Assembly (NCBI GenBank): GCA_963759805.1
Contig: CAVXAT010000003.1
Span: 1 to 25,196 of the forward strand
Length of the DNA: 25,196 bases
Reading direction: 5' to 3'
Origin: an uncultured bacterium
GTDB taxonomy: Bacteria > Babelota > Babeliae > Babelales > RVW-14
Below are positions 9,828-18,776 of the stretch, one piece after another (the first letter of the stretch is position 1; each line of letters opens with the position of its first letter). The position numbers and the translations under genes were made by a program. The notes below the pieces were generated by a model that searched no databases, had not been told where the DNA came from, and saw nothing but the letters and a program-made list of their open reading frames with translations.

Positions 9828-12050
9828 TTAATCAAGATTATTCTTGGCAACTATTTTTTGCCAGTTCTCTTTTACCCATTGTTCTACAGCTTTTGTGTTT
9901 TTGATATCTCCAATAAACTCAACATCCGGATGGTATGGTTCATTATTTCCTCTTGGTCTATTTCTGTAAACTTTCATAGGGATGCTTAAATATCCCAATT
10001 TACTTGGTAAATCGATGGTTCTTGCCTGCATGTATAAACTATCTGCTCCTGTTGTTTGTCCAAAAAGTTTTATCGAATGATTAAGTGATTGAAGCTCATC
10101 AATGAAACGTAGGCTTGCACTTCCAGTATACTTATCCGTCAATACTATAATTTTAGCACGACAAAGATTTTGATTATTTTTGGACAAGGTACTTACTTCA
10201 TCTCTATCACAGAGCAAAGGAATATCCTTTTTTAGATATATAGCCATCGCGTCATATAATTTTTGCCGCTGTATTACGCCTTCACTGTTGTTACCAAATT
10301 CTTTTTTTAAATTTTTAATTAAATCGGAAAAATAGTTTAAATTATCCTTGCTTACTCTCCAATCAACGTACACATTTTTATCCATGTTATTAATTTTTTC
10401 ATTAACATAGTCATCACCCAAAAGAGCTTCGAGTATTTTTGTCCCCCAATAAGAGTCTCCACCTGTATTTCCTCGCAAATCAAATATAATTAATTTGTGT
10501 TTTCGATAGTTAGGTAGTTGTTCTATAATTTTATTTAAATCATCTTGTTGTTGATTATTTGGATTAAATGTTGGAATGGTTATCCAGGCCGTTTTAGGCA
10601 TAAATTCTTTTAGCTCGAAGTTTTTAACTTGAAAAAAATCTTGGGGTGCATTTTTCAATTTAACTTCCGTAGAAATATTTAAGTGTGAATCATTGAAGTG
10701 TTTCGCATATTTTTGCATTACTTCATCGTGGTCTTCAATCGTTTTGACTTTGTTAATAGAATCCAATGCTTCTTGATGTGCAAAATTTAAAGTTTTATTA
10801 AACTCTGGATCAAGCTCATTGTACGGGCCTGGATGATTTTCCATTATTGTTTTAGTGATAAATTCTATATCGGATTTTGCCAGGGTTTGAAGCTGATCCG
10901 CTGTAAAAATTTTATGTCCCAATTTTTCTTCAAAGAAACTTAAGACATTCGGCATAACCTCATTTATGAGAACCTGGCTGACCTTGCATGCTGGCCCATC
11001 AAGCAAATCAGGTTTTCTGTGCGAAGCAAATCGCATAATCAATGTTGAGTTCAATAGTAATGACGTATCAATAAATACAGCATGGCCAACATTCTTGACA
11101 GTAAAAACCTTTGTGTTGGAATTTTCAGCATCAGCAAGGCGATGTATCGTATCCAAGAACGGTTTAGTTTCAGTTGCATAAGCATGAAAGTTTTTATTAT
11201 AAAGAAAGCTTTTTTCTGCAATCATAAACAAGAACGGTTTAGAAAACGGCTCAGCTATATCTTCACTTTGTGCACCGCCATCCATATTAATCCCACACGT
11301 TACTCGTGGATCTTTGCGAATAACTTTGGTAGCAGTCCTTCCTCCAAATGAATGCCCCATGATTCCAATCTTATTTGAATCGGCAAGGCTCCAGAAAACA
11401 TCTTTGGCTGAAACCAGCTCTTCAATTTTGTTGAGCACAAAGCTAACGTCTTGTGCGTTGGCTTCCACCAGTTGGGCTTTTCCTTTTGCATCACGAGTCT
11501 TTTCTCGATACATTGATTTAACAATGCGTCCATTAGGATAACGAACTGTTGCTGCGTTGTATGGATGATTAATTCCGACAACTATAAAACCATGACTTGC
11601 AAGTTCTTCTAGCATATATGTATATTGCTGAACCACCACACCTCCTCCATGTGAAAAAATGATGACTGGAAAAGGCTTTGAAGATTGCTCGACGATGGCA
11701 TTAGGCTGCGAATATGTTTTTATGGATTTTATTCCACTGAAAACAAATTTGGGTAAGCTAAAAGTATTGGATAGAAATTCTACGTGACTTTCTGCTGCGT
11801 CTGGATCATAAGAAACCCTGTTATCACTTTTATTTGTTGGGTAATAAACGTAAACCATGAGCTCGCGATTTGGATGCTCGGTATCTTCCGCGTTTTCTTC
11901 CTGGCGAGAGTTATCGATCCAATGATATTTCATCAGACCAACCCCGTATGATCCAGATGGCTGTGGAAAGTTAGAGATTGGCACGAAAATGAATGCGCAT
12001 GCCACTACGATTAAGCAGCTAGGTATTAAAATGTAAAATAATTTGTGCAT
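9828..12050 (-). CDS. Fusion of PAF-acetylhydrolase-like alpha/beta hydrolase and S41-family peptidase
   Basis: N-half: PSGSYGVG, RELMVYVYYP, PVIIFSHG, EELASHGFIV, GHSFGG, INMDG, GH. C-half: ENHPG, FNDSHL, WITIPTF, IFDLRGNTGG, VLTDKYTGSAS, GQTTG. Confidence 0.85.
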   Translation of the reverse strand: MHKLFYILIPSCLIVVACAFIFVPISNFPQPSGSYGVGLMKYHWIDNSRQEENAEDTEHPNRELMVYVYYPTNKSDNRVSYDPDAAESHVEFLSNTFSLPKFVFSGIKSIKTYSQPNAIVEQSSKPFPVIIFSHGGGVVVQQYTYMLEELASHGFIVVGINHPYNAATVRYPNGRIVKSMYREKTRDAKGKAQLVEANAQDVSFVLNKIEELVSAKDVFWSLADSNKIGIMGHSFGGRTATKVIRKDPRVTCGINMDGGAQSEDIAEPFSKPFLFMIAEKSFLYNKNFHAYATETKPFLDTIHRLADAENSNTKVFTVKNVGHAVFIDTSLLLNSTLIMRFASHRKPDLLDGPACKVSQVLINEVMPNVLSFFEEKLGHKIFTADQLQTLAKSDIEFITKTIMENHPGPYNELDPEFNKTLNFAHQEALDSINKVKTIEDHDEVMQKYAKHFNDSHLNISTEVKLKNAPQDFFQVKNFELKEFMPKTAWITIPTFNPNNQQQDDLNKIIEQLPNYRKHKLIIFDLRGNTGGDSYWGTKILEALLGDDYVNEKINNMDKNVYVDWRVSKDNLNYFSDLIKNLKKEFGNNSEGVIQRQKLYDAMAIYLKKDIPLLCDRDEVSTLSKNNQNLCRAKIIVLTDKYTGSASLRFIDELQSLNHSIKLFGQTTGADSLYMQARTIDLPSKLGYLSIPMKVYRNRPRGNNEPYHPDVEFIGDIKNTKAVEQWVKENWQKIVAKNNLD

Positions 12051-12057
12051 TTCTTCC

Positions 12058-13008
12058 TTACGGTATAGCCTGAACTGGTTTAAACTTGTTCTTATTACTC
12101 ATCTTCTTCTGATCCAGAATTTCTTTTGCCTCAAAATAACTTATATAGTCATCATCGTCACGCTGTTTCATCAACTCATGTTGAAAACGTGCGACTTCTA
12201 TATCAAGACCATCCATTGGCTGATTTACTGTAGCAGCTTTGTAAACAAACCCCTGACATTTAATTCCCATTTTCTTCATTTCTTCAACAACAGATTCAAC
12301 GTTTTTACGTCTATCATCAAAGAAGTAAACACATGAAGGTTTACATTTAACTTTTTCAAGAAATGTTTTTAAAACAACGCCCTTGGGAAAATAGCTTGCA
12401 CACGCTATTCCTTTATAAAAAACTACCGGTGTTGGATCTTTGTCTCTTTCTGCCTTATATTTTGCAGCATGCTCAGTTTTTTGTAACTCATCAAACCTGA
12501 TCTCTTGTTGCTCAAAGCTTGAACTGAAATCAAGACCTAGGGTCAAAAGCTCCTCATATCGTTGTTCTTCTAAACGATCGATCAAACCAATCTTGCCGGT
12601 ACTAACAAGTGTTAAAGCAATAACTTTAATACGTCGTTTTTGAATGGCTAGAATGGCATCAATCAGTGCTTGCTCGATTGGATGGACTTTCGTTTTTAAA
12701 ATCATTTTGCTTAAAAATAAATCCCAATGTTCTTCACCATTTTTCTTTGCTTTCATAAATGCAAAAAAGTCATCTGTTATTTTTTTTAATTCAGGGTTGT
12801 TGACAAACCGCGCCTGACCGACCGGATCTATTGATTCCAGAATTACGTAATCAACATCAAAAACGAATAAATCACTTGGAGATGCTTGATCAAAAACAGA
12901 TTTAACCTCTTGAATTGAGTTGATCTCTTTAATGTCTGACTTAGAAAAAGAACAGGCTGGTAAAATAGCCAGCATATAAAATAAAAAATTGTATTTAGAA
13001 ACCTTCAT
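12058..13008 (-). CDS. DUF2608 HAD-like hydrolase, lipoprotein-like
   Basis: FVFDVDYVI (motif I), VIALT, FYKGI, KGVVL, YFFDDRRKNV (motif IV); LPAC lipobox-like motif; RBS GGAG. Confidence 0.8.
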   Translation of the reverse strand: MKVSKYNFLFYMLAILPACSFSKSDIKEINSIQEVKSVFDQASPSDLFVFDVDYVILESIDPVGQARFVNNPELKKITDDFFAFMKAKKNGEEHWDLFLSKMILKTKVHPIEQALIDAILAIQKRRIKVIALTLVSTGKIGLIDRLEEQRYEELLTLGLDFSSSFEQQEIRFDELQKTEHAAKYKAERDKDPTPVVFYKGIACASYFPKGVVLKTFLEKVKCKPSCVYFFDDRRKNVESVVEEMKKMGIKCQGFVYKAATVNQPMDGLDIEVARFQHELMKQRDDDDYISYFEAKEILDQKKMSNKNKFKPVQAIP

Positions 13009-13032
13009 GAATTAATTCTCCAAAATATTAGG

Positions 13033-13067
13033 GTTGTCGGGTGACAATGAATATGCCACCCAGCAAT
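13033..13067 (-). terminator. Intercistronic hairpin after the transporter gene (weak terminator or mRNA stabiliser)
   Basis: Minus strand AUUGCUGGGUGGCA-loop-UGUCACCCGACAAC pairs using G.U; no strong U tract follows. Confidence 0.45.
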
Positions 13068-13079
13068 CGCTTGTTAATT

Positions 13080-14386
13080 CTATTCAATAAGCTTATTTTC
13101 TTGAACCAGCTTGCTATTTGTTGTTCCAACATACCAAGCGACAGGAATCCAGGCTGCAATAATTCCAAGCGATATAATTGATCCGTAAACAAGGAGCTCA
13201 GATAATACAGGAAATAGAGCATTTACCACAGAGCCCATACTCTTTGATGTTCGTCCACCAAATGCATCAACCCAACCCTTTGCTTTGAATTTGACATCCT
13301 TACTCGTTGGAATATACATAATTTCTTTACATGGATTATTCAAGGCATAACTCAATCCCTTGATTCCTACAACGCATGCAAGAAAAACGTAAAGCGATGG
13401 AAGACTCCATGCATACAGCACGAAACCCGCAATGGATAATGGATATAAAATCAAACAGGTAGTTAGTCCAAATTTTCTTATAAAAAAGCTTGTACCAACT
13501 AAGGCAAAAAGAAATGATATGCTGTTGACCGCAACGCCTTGCATTCCCAAAAAGGATGCAACTTTTTCGATAGAACCAAGTGATTGCTTTGCATAAAAAT
13601 TCATTTGATATTCAAGAATTGTGGTAATAATTTCGTAGGTTATAGAAACAACCAAAATTCCCATAAGGTATGGTTTCGTCCCTATCAAGCGTAACCCTTC
13701 AAAAATACCTGTGGATTTTTTTTCTTTACGGTTGCCATCGTTTGCTGTTTATATTTTTGTGAAAAGATTCTGATCAAAAAAGGAACAATGAGAACCAAGC
13801 AGGCAGCAATACCAACCAATGTTGGAACCCCAATGATTGATGCTAATGTCATAACAGCAACAGATCCTAATATCGAACCAAGCTGTGCTCCTGCTAAAAT
13901 CAAAGGGTATCCCTTTTTTGCAGATGCTGTATCCATAATACTTGCAACATAAGCCCAAAAAAGAGAAACAACTATTGATCCGAAGGCTTCAATGCCTACA
14001 TATAAAAACCATCCGAATAAACGATATTTGCTTGCATCAGTATTTGCAATGCCAATTGTTGGATGTGCAGCAAAATATGCTATTGAAAAGTATAAAACGG
14101 CGAAAAAACTTGTAATAACATAAATCAGGTTGGTTCTTTCAAACCAGTCGATTAACTTGTTATAAAAAAGTACAAGTAATGTTATTGAAACTAATGAAAC
14201 CATTTTTGCATACGGAAGACCTGTTGGGCCAACGATGTTCATAAATAATGCATTTTTTAATTCACGCATCATCCAGTAAGAACCAATGATGAAAAAAAAG
14301 ATTGCTGAAAGAAATCCAAATTTCTTTGCTTCTTCTAGCGAGATTTCGCCCCATAAAAAATGAACTACTTTTGTGATACAAGACAT
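13080..14386 (-). CDS. TLC/Npt-family NTP/NDP (ATP/ADP) exchange transporter; one frameshift in an A8 run near 13720
   Basis: FFFIIGSYWMMRELKNALF, PYAKMVS, SLFWAY, AKKGYPLI..GAQLG, KGLSYALNNPCKEIMYIPTSKDVKFKAKGWVDAFGGRTSKSMGS. Adding one A gives KKKKSTGIFEGLRLIGTKPY. Confidence 0.92.
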
Positions 14387-14624
14387 GAGAAAACCTTTCC
14401 ATTAAATAATTAATACATCTTCGCCCATGGAACATTTCCATAGACACATACATCTTACACACACATGTTGCGGGTCAGCCCGCAAAAGATATTGGAAAGT
14501 ATTTTTGAGCAGTGATTTCTTTACGGGTTTACCCATCCAGCCGCCGCGCGTTGCGCTTTGGCGGACATGCGTAAAGAATCTTTTGACACCATTTTAACGA
14601 AGAAATGTCAGAAAAGACACTCTA
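14387..14624 (-). promoter_or_regulatory. Long structured 5' leader of the transporter operon (candidate cis-regulatory RNA)
   Basis: Successive stems at 14579-14617, 14517-14578 (9-bp closing stem enclosing CCGCC/GGCGG and GCGC/GCGC), 14468-14485 (7-bp perfect) and 14423-14445 (10 bp, with G.U pairs only on the minus strand). Confidence 0.45.
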
Positions 14625-14630
14625 CACCTT

Positions 14631-14658
14631 ATTATACCTAATGAGACCTATAAATCAA
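14631..14658 (-). promoter_or_regulatory. Sigma70 promoter for the transporter operon
   Basis: Minus strand TTGATT (14658-14653), 16 bp, TATAAT (14636-14631). Confidence 0.6.
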
Positions 14659-14723
14659 TTTTGCATTGAAAATTAAGGGGTTTTTGAGCCTAACCGGTTC
14701 AAATTATGCAAAATATTGGGTTT

Positions 14724-15249
14724 TTAGCGACCATTTTTATCAACGCTTGTGTCGCGATGTAACTGTTTTAGTTTTGCCTTTTCTACTATTTTTTTCCGTT
14801 CTTCTGGCGTTGGTAAATCAGACTCTTTATTAACCCATGTTGGAATTTCAACAATGATGAATTTTGTCTCCCCAACATTTTCTTGCTTCAATCTCAAACT
14901 CATTAACCATTTTTTATATTCAGGTTCATACAATGGAAGCGTAGCCAAAACGATCTGAGAATTTATCGATCCTTTTAGTGCAAGCTGTTTTCGCCTTGAA
15001 CCAATAAGCCGCCGAGATATATTATAAGCTTTTGCAAAGTATTCTGATTTATTTGCGAATTCTGCGAATATTTCCGGTGATATTAAAAGTGAGAGTGGAA
15101 AATCTTCTATATTAATTGAGTCCTCGCTTCGGGCCCATTTGATTAATTTATTTGCCAGCGCATGAAATTCTTCGCTGCTTTGTGGCTATCTTGCCCAAGA
15201 TATCGGTGTTTGAATCCGTTTGACTCTTTCTTTTATGCTTCGTCATCAT
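14724..15249 (-). CDS. Phage terminase small subunit / DNA-packaging protein-like (~175 aa); frameshift near 15185
   Basis: AGGAG RBS (15259-15255) and ATG at 15249. The frame from ~15186 to 14724 is open: SSEEFHALANKLIKWARSEDSINIEDFPLSLLISPEIFAEFANKSEYFAKAYNISRRLIGSRRKQLALKGSINSQIVLATLPLYEPEYKKW..., an HTH-like region followed by an F..AY..A...IG.RR helix reminiscent of TerS. The ORF track shows only the last 74 aa. Confidence 0.55.
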
Positions 15250-15263
15250 TAATACTCCTGGCA

Positions 15264-16402
15264 TTATTTGTCGCATTTAAAATTAGATAGCCTTAGGGGT
15301 TTAAATTCACTTAGTTGTTTATGTATAATTTCAAACGAGTCTGTTTTTCTTGGAAGATTAAGCAACTTTAGTTCTTGAATTTTTTGTCCCAAGATCGTTG
15401 GCTGCATTTACCAAATAATACCTTAAGTTCGCGCTGATTCATATTATCCAGTGCCATTATTAATCCAAATTTTTGCAAAACATTTTTTGAATTCATATTT
15501 GGATTGTTTATGGCCAAAGCAGTTAAAAGTGGTATTTGGTTTGTTTTTTTATAGTCAAAATTTGGTGGAATGCTTGACTCCACTTCGTGCATGTAATGCT
15601 GTAGTACGCGCTGTGAAATTGATTCACTAAACAACTCTTTGAATTTTAACCCCACATTTATTTTCAGTAACTGAAACAGAGGATTAATTTTTTTGGGGCT
15701 ATTTAATCGTACTTCAAAACGTAGCACCTCAAGCATGTACGTTTTTTGTAGATCGCTTAGAATGCCTAATTGTATAGCGTTGTCATCTTCATTTGTACGC
15801 TTTTCGCTTTTATTTGCAGCCATTAAATCCTGTATTTTATCGTAGAATGCTATCTCATATGAATTGCAATGCATTTTAAAACAGTGCCCGCCATTTCTAT
15901 AGTCCTTTTCATTCATATCAAGAATTTTGCTAATATCCGAATTTCTTATCATTCTAATAAAATGAACAGGAAGTACTCCATCAGTTAAATGAATGTTTTT
16001 TGAATAGTGAATTGCATGTATTTTGGCATTTGCAAGATTTTCAAGAGAAACCTTAACACCCATGTTATCTAATTTGGTTTTTAATTTTTCAGTAACTGCC
16101 ATGAAATCATTCTCCTCAAGTTCATCAAAATTGTTGCCATGCATGAGTTTAGGAAGTGAGAGTTCAACTTTAAGAGTAAGAACAAAACCTGCCTGGAATT
16201 GCCGTCTAGTAAGGGTTAGGCGGGGCTTATACACTCCCGCCTGCAATTCTTTTTTTGTTGGATTTTGTTTTGCAAATACGTATCCATTTTTTCCCACCTT
16301 AAATTTGTTTGAGAGAATCCAGCTAGCAGATGGGTCAAATTTATCTGGTTCAATTATCTGAAAATTTTCGCTATTTAAAATCAAAATTACTGTGTCTATC
16401 AT
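15264..16402 (-). CDS. Phage/plasmid replication initiation protein (gene II/X, CRI/Rep_trans-like); frameshift in an A6 run near 15383
   Basis: MIDTV, YKPRLTL, VELSLPKLMHGNNFDEL, AIHYSKN, IAFYDKIQD, VLRFEVRL. One extra A extends the C-terminus to ...IQELKLLNLPRKTDSFEIIHKQLSEFKPLRLSNFKCDK*, ending just before the RBS of the next gene. Confidence 0.75.
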
Positions 16403-16667
16403 ATGATTTAACTACTTCTTCAAATTTTGAAATTACTGCCGCTTCCACAAGATCCCCAACTTCTTTACTTATTGGATGAAATACATTGAAGTTGCCAATA
16501 GATCCTTTCCTGGTTGGATAAGTTAACCTATATCCACCTTGAGCACGTGTAAAAATACCTATTGAGCCCAGAAAGAAACTGTTATCAAAGACTATGCTGG
16601 CAAAACCAACTAATCCGTCTTTTGCTTTAATTGGTATTATTTGAATTTCGCTTACCTTCGCTTCCAT
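16371..16667 (-). CDS. SpoVG-family nucleic-acid-binding protein
   Basis: KVSEIQIIPIK..DGLVGFASIVFDNSFFLGSIGI....GGYRLTYPTRK....FHPISKEV...VEAAVISKF matches the SpoVG pattern. Confidence 0.8.
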   Translation of the reverse strand: MEAKVSEIQIIPIKAKDGLVGFASIVFDNSFFLGSIGIFTRAQGGYRLTYPTRKGSIGNFNVFHPISKEVGDLVEAAVISKFEEVVKSYDRHSNFDFK

Positions 16668-16818
16668 ACGTTTTTCCTTCTTTTTTCATACGCCTGTCTA
16701 TTTGAATGAGGATGGTAAAAAAAACGACTAAATCATTCTGATCGGTTTCCGATAAAGGTGGCAGATCTTGTTGAACCCCCATATTATTTGGTTGAAGATA
16801 AAAATTAGAATACTTCAT
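16627..16818 (-). CDS. Small hypothetical protein (63 aa), first gene of the rep module
   Basis: GGGAG RBS upstream; amphipathic NDLVVFFTILIQIDRR helix; overlaps the SpoVG-like gene. Confidence 0.55.
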   Translation of the reverse strand: MKYSNFYLQPNNMGVQQDLPPLSETDQNDLVVFFTILIQIDRRMKKEGKTYGSEGKRNSNNTN

Positions 16819-16915
16819 TGAGCTCCCATTAGAAATTTGATGAACGGGCCAAGAGGTGGTTTCTTTTGGTTAAAAAATTAAATACTTTATAGCTTAAGAG
16901 TAAACCTAGCCCTGC

Positions 16916-16942
16916 AAATTAAGCGGGCCCCACTAAAGCCCA
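16916..16942 (+). repeat. 27-bp exact direct repeat, copy 1
   Basis: AAATTAAGCGGGCCCCACTAAAGCCCA, identical to 24024-24050. Confidence 0.95.
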
Positions 16943-16983
16943 TATCGTGGGAAAGCGTGAATGAATCGAATTTTTATGCGTTT

Positions 16984-17023
16984 AAATAGAAATGGGTAGA
17001 TATCAAAGTATGATGCCTACCCA
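16984..17023 (-). terminator. Intrinsic terminator of the 522-aa gene
   Basis: Minus strand TGGGTAGGCATCA-loop-TGATATCTACCCA followed by TTTCTATTT, ~35 nt after the stop codon. Confidence 0.65.
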
Positions 17024-17056
17024 CTAAATTGAGATTAAATATGTTATTAACTGATT

Positions 17057-18625
17057 CTAAGCGAGATTTGCTTGTTGTTGGTTATCTTGTTCTTTATAAA
17101 AATATTTAGGATTAATCTGTACGCTTTTTTTCATGACTATTAAAAAATCCTTAATACCAGTTTCTTTTTCAATACGTTTATTTATACCGCGACAAGCTTC
17201 ATACCATCTTGAATTAATATCAGCCATCGTTTCTTTGGTTGCAGACTCTTTTGTAATATCTTCATGTAACTCATCATAAAACCATTTTTTGGTAGATAGC
17301 CCATCATCCGACGCTATTGGTAGCCCATTTCTTGCCTCAAATATATCCTTCATGACCTCACCTCTATCGCCATCATCTTTAAATTGTAAATCAATACTTT
17401 GAACTCTAAGTGTTAATTTTTCACGATAAAATCTAGAGTCGAAGAACCGCTCCCTTTCAAGAGCCTCTTTTTCTTGCTGAGCCAGTTTTTTTATTCCTTC
17501 GGATATACGAGTCCAGTGAAGTTTAGTTTCAACAACATCCATGTATTTAGAGTTGCTAATTGTGTCATTTTTAGAGTTTATTAGATTGGTCAAATCATTG
17601 TGAATCGAGTTGCAGGCAAAGGCACTTAACCCCTTGCCATCCTCTAAATAAGTTTTTACTGTTTTTTCCCCATCTTTCAATAAGACATAAGGAAATACAA
17701 CATAATTCCAACTTGCTTCAAAATCATACCCTTGAGTTTGCTCAATACGTAATCTTTCTCGTTCATATTCATCATAGCTTGGTGAGAATGTAAATTTAGT
17801 GATGTTGCCTTTTGAATCAACTTCAGCAAATTTGTTAACAAAATCTAAAGAATCTTTATTGGCATTCTTAGCTATGGAATTCAACGCAATGCGAATACCA
17901 CTATATAATCCTCCTGCAAACCCATCGCTTGTCTCTATGCCATCCTTGTTTGCGTAAGGAAATCGTTCAATTAACATAGTTGTGGTATAATCTTGAGGTT
18001 TATTTTTTTCAAAATGCTTTCGAAGTTCAACATAATTAATTTGCATCTCGTTTAATGCTTTTTCTTCTAACAGAATTACTTCTTCAGTTTTGTCAGTAAT
18101 TCCATTTCTTTGATTTTCAATCCGTTTTGATAGTAACTTGATATAGAATGGTGAAATTATATATTGCTTAATTCCATTTTCATCTGACACAAATTGTTTT
18201 AAATAAATGATAGATCCAAGTTGTCTGTCACATTCTAAAATCAAAATCAACTTGTATAAGGTCCAATATTTTATGTCAATTGGTTGCTTTAAATGCAAAA
18301 AGTTACTGTGAATCGCATCAACACCTTGCCACTCACAATTTATGTTTTGTGTTATAAATAACGCAATTTCATGATGAACTGGAATCATTTCTTTTATTGA
18401 ATTTGCATTAGTTGTATTTATGGTACTTTGCTGGAGCTTGTTAGGATCAAGTATAATACTTGCAGCCCGTTCAAGATAAGGACTGTTTTCTAGAATTCTA
18501 CAAAGCTCATTTGAATTTAAGATACATTCGCGCTGTGTTTTTGAATTTATAAGATTTTTGAGTTGGAAATCAAATTGTTCTAATTCAAAGCTTAATCTTG
18601 AATGAGAATTAATATTTACATACAT
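17057..18625 (-). CDS. Hypothetical protein, possible C-terminal winged-helix DNA-binding domain
   Basis: Intact 522-aa ORF with AGGG RBS and its own terminator. The C-terminus WYEACRGINKRIEKETGIKDFLIVMKKSVQINPKY resembles a recognition helix plus wing (inference). Confidence 0.75.
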   Translation of the reverse strand: MYVNINSHSRLSFELEQFDFQLKNLINSKTQRECILNSNELCRILENSPYLERAASIILDPNKLQQSTINTTNANSIKEMIPVHHEIALFITQNINCEWQGVDAIHSNFLHLKQPIDIKYWTLYKLILILECDRQLGSIIYLKQFVSDENGIKQYIISPFYIKLLSKRIENQRNGITDKTEEVILLEEKALNEMQINYVELRKHFEKNKPQDYTTTMLIERFPYANKDGIETSDGFAGGLYSGIRIALNSIAKNANKDSLDFVNKFAEVDSKGNITKFTFSPSYDEYERERLRIEQTQGYDFEASWNYVVFPYVLLKDGEKTVKTYLEDGKGLSAFACNSIHNDLTNLINSKNDTISNSKYMDVVETKLHWTRISEGIKKLAQQEKEALERERFFDSRFYREKLTLRVQSIDLQFKDDGDRGEVMKDIFEARNGLPIASDDGLSTKKWFYDELHEDITKESATKETMADINSRWYEACRGINKRIEKETGIKDFLIVMKKSVQINPKYFYKEQDNQQQANLA

Positions 18626-18776
18626 CTTCTTACCCCTTTCAGGTAATAAAAATAGTTAAAAAATAAAACAACACCTAATCTGCTTCAAGACGCTCTACCC
18701 TTTTTTCAGGCATAATAGTAAGCAAATTTAATAGCAATATCAAGTGAAATTCGAATATATTTTTTTATGTATTTTT

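Noticed and set aside
13712..13728. Programmed frameshift or phase variation at the A8 run in the transporter
   Set aside because: Cannot be distinguished from the many other homopolymer indels in the window; sequencing error is more parsimonious.
4113..14386. Integron cassette array interpretation of the resistance-like genes
   Set aside because: Intergenic gaps are mostly too short for attC sites, and there is no tyrosine integrase in the window.
14262..14462. 66-aa ORF as a leader peptide
   Set aside because: It has a non-ATG start without a clear RBS and overlaps the transporter start out of frame; nothing supports translation.
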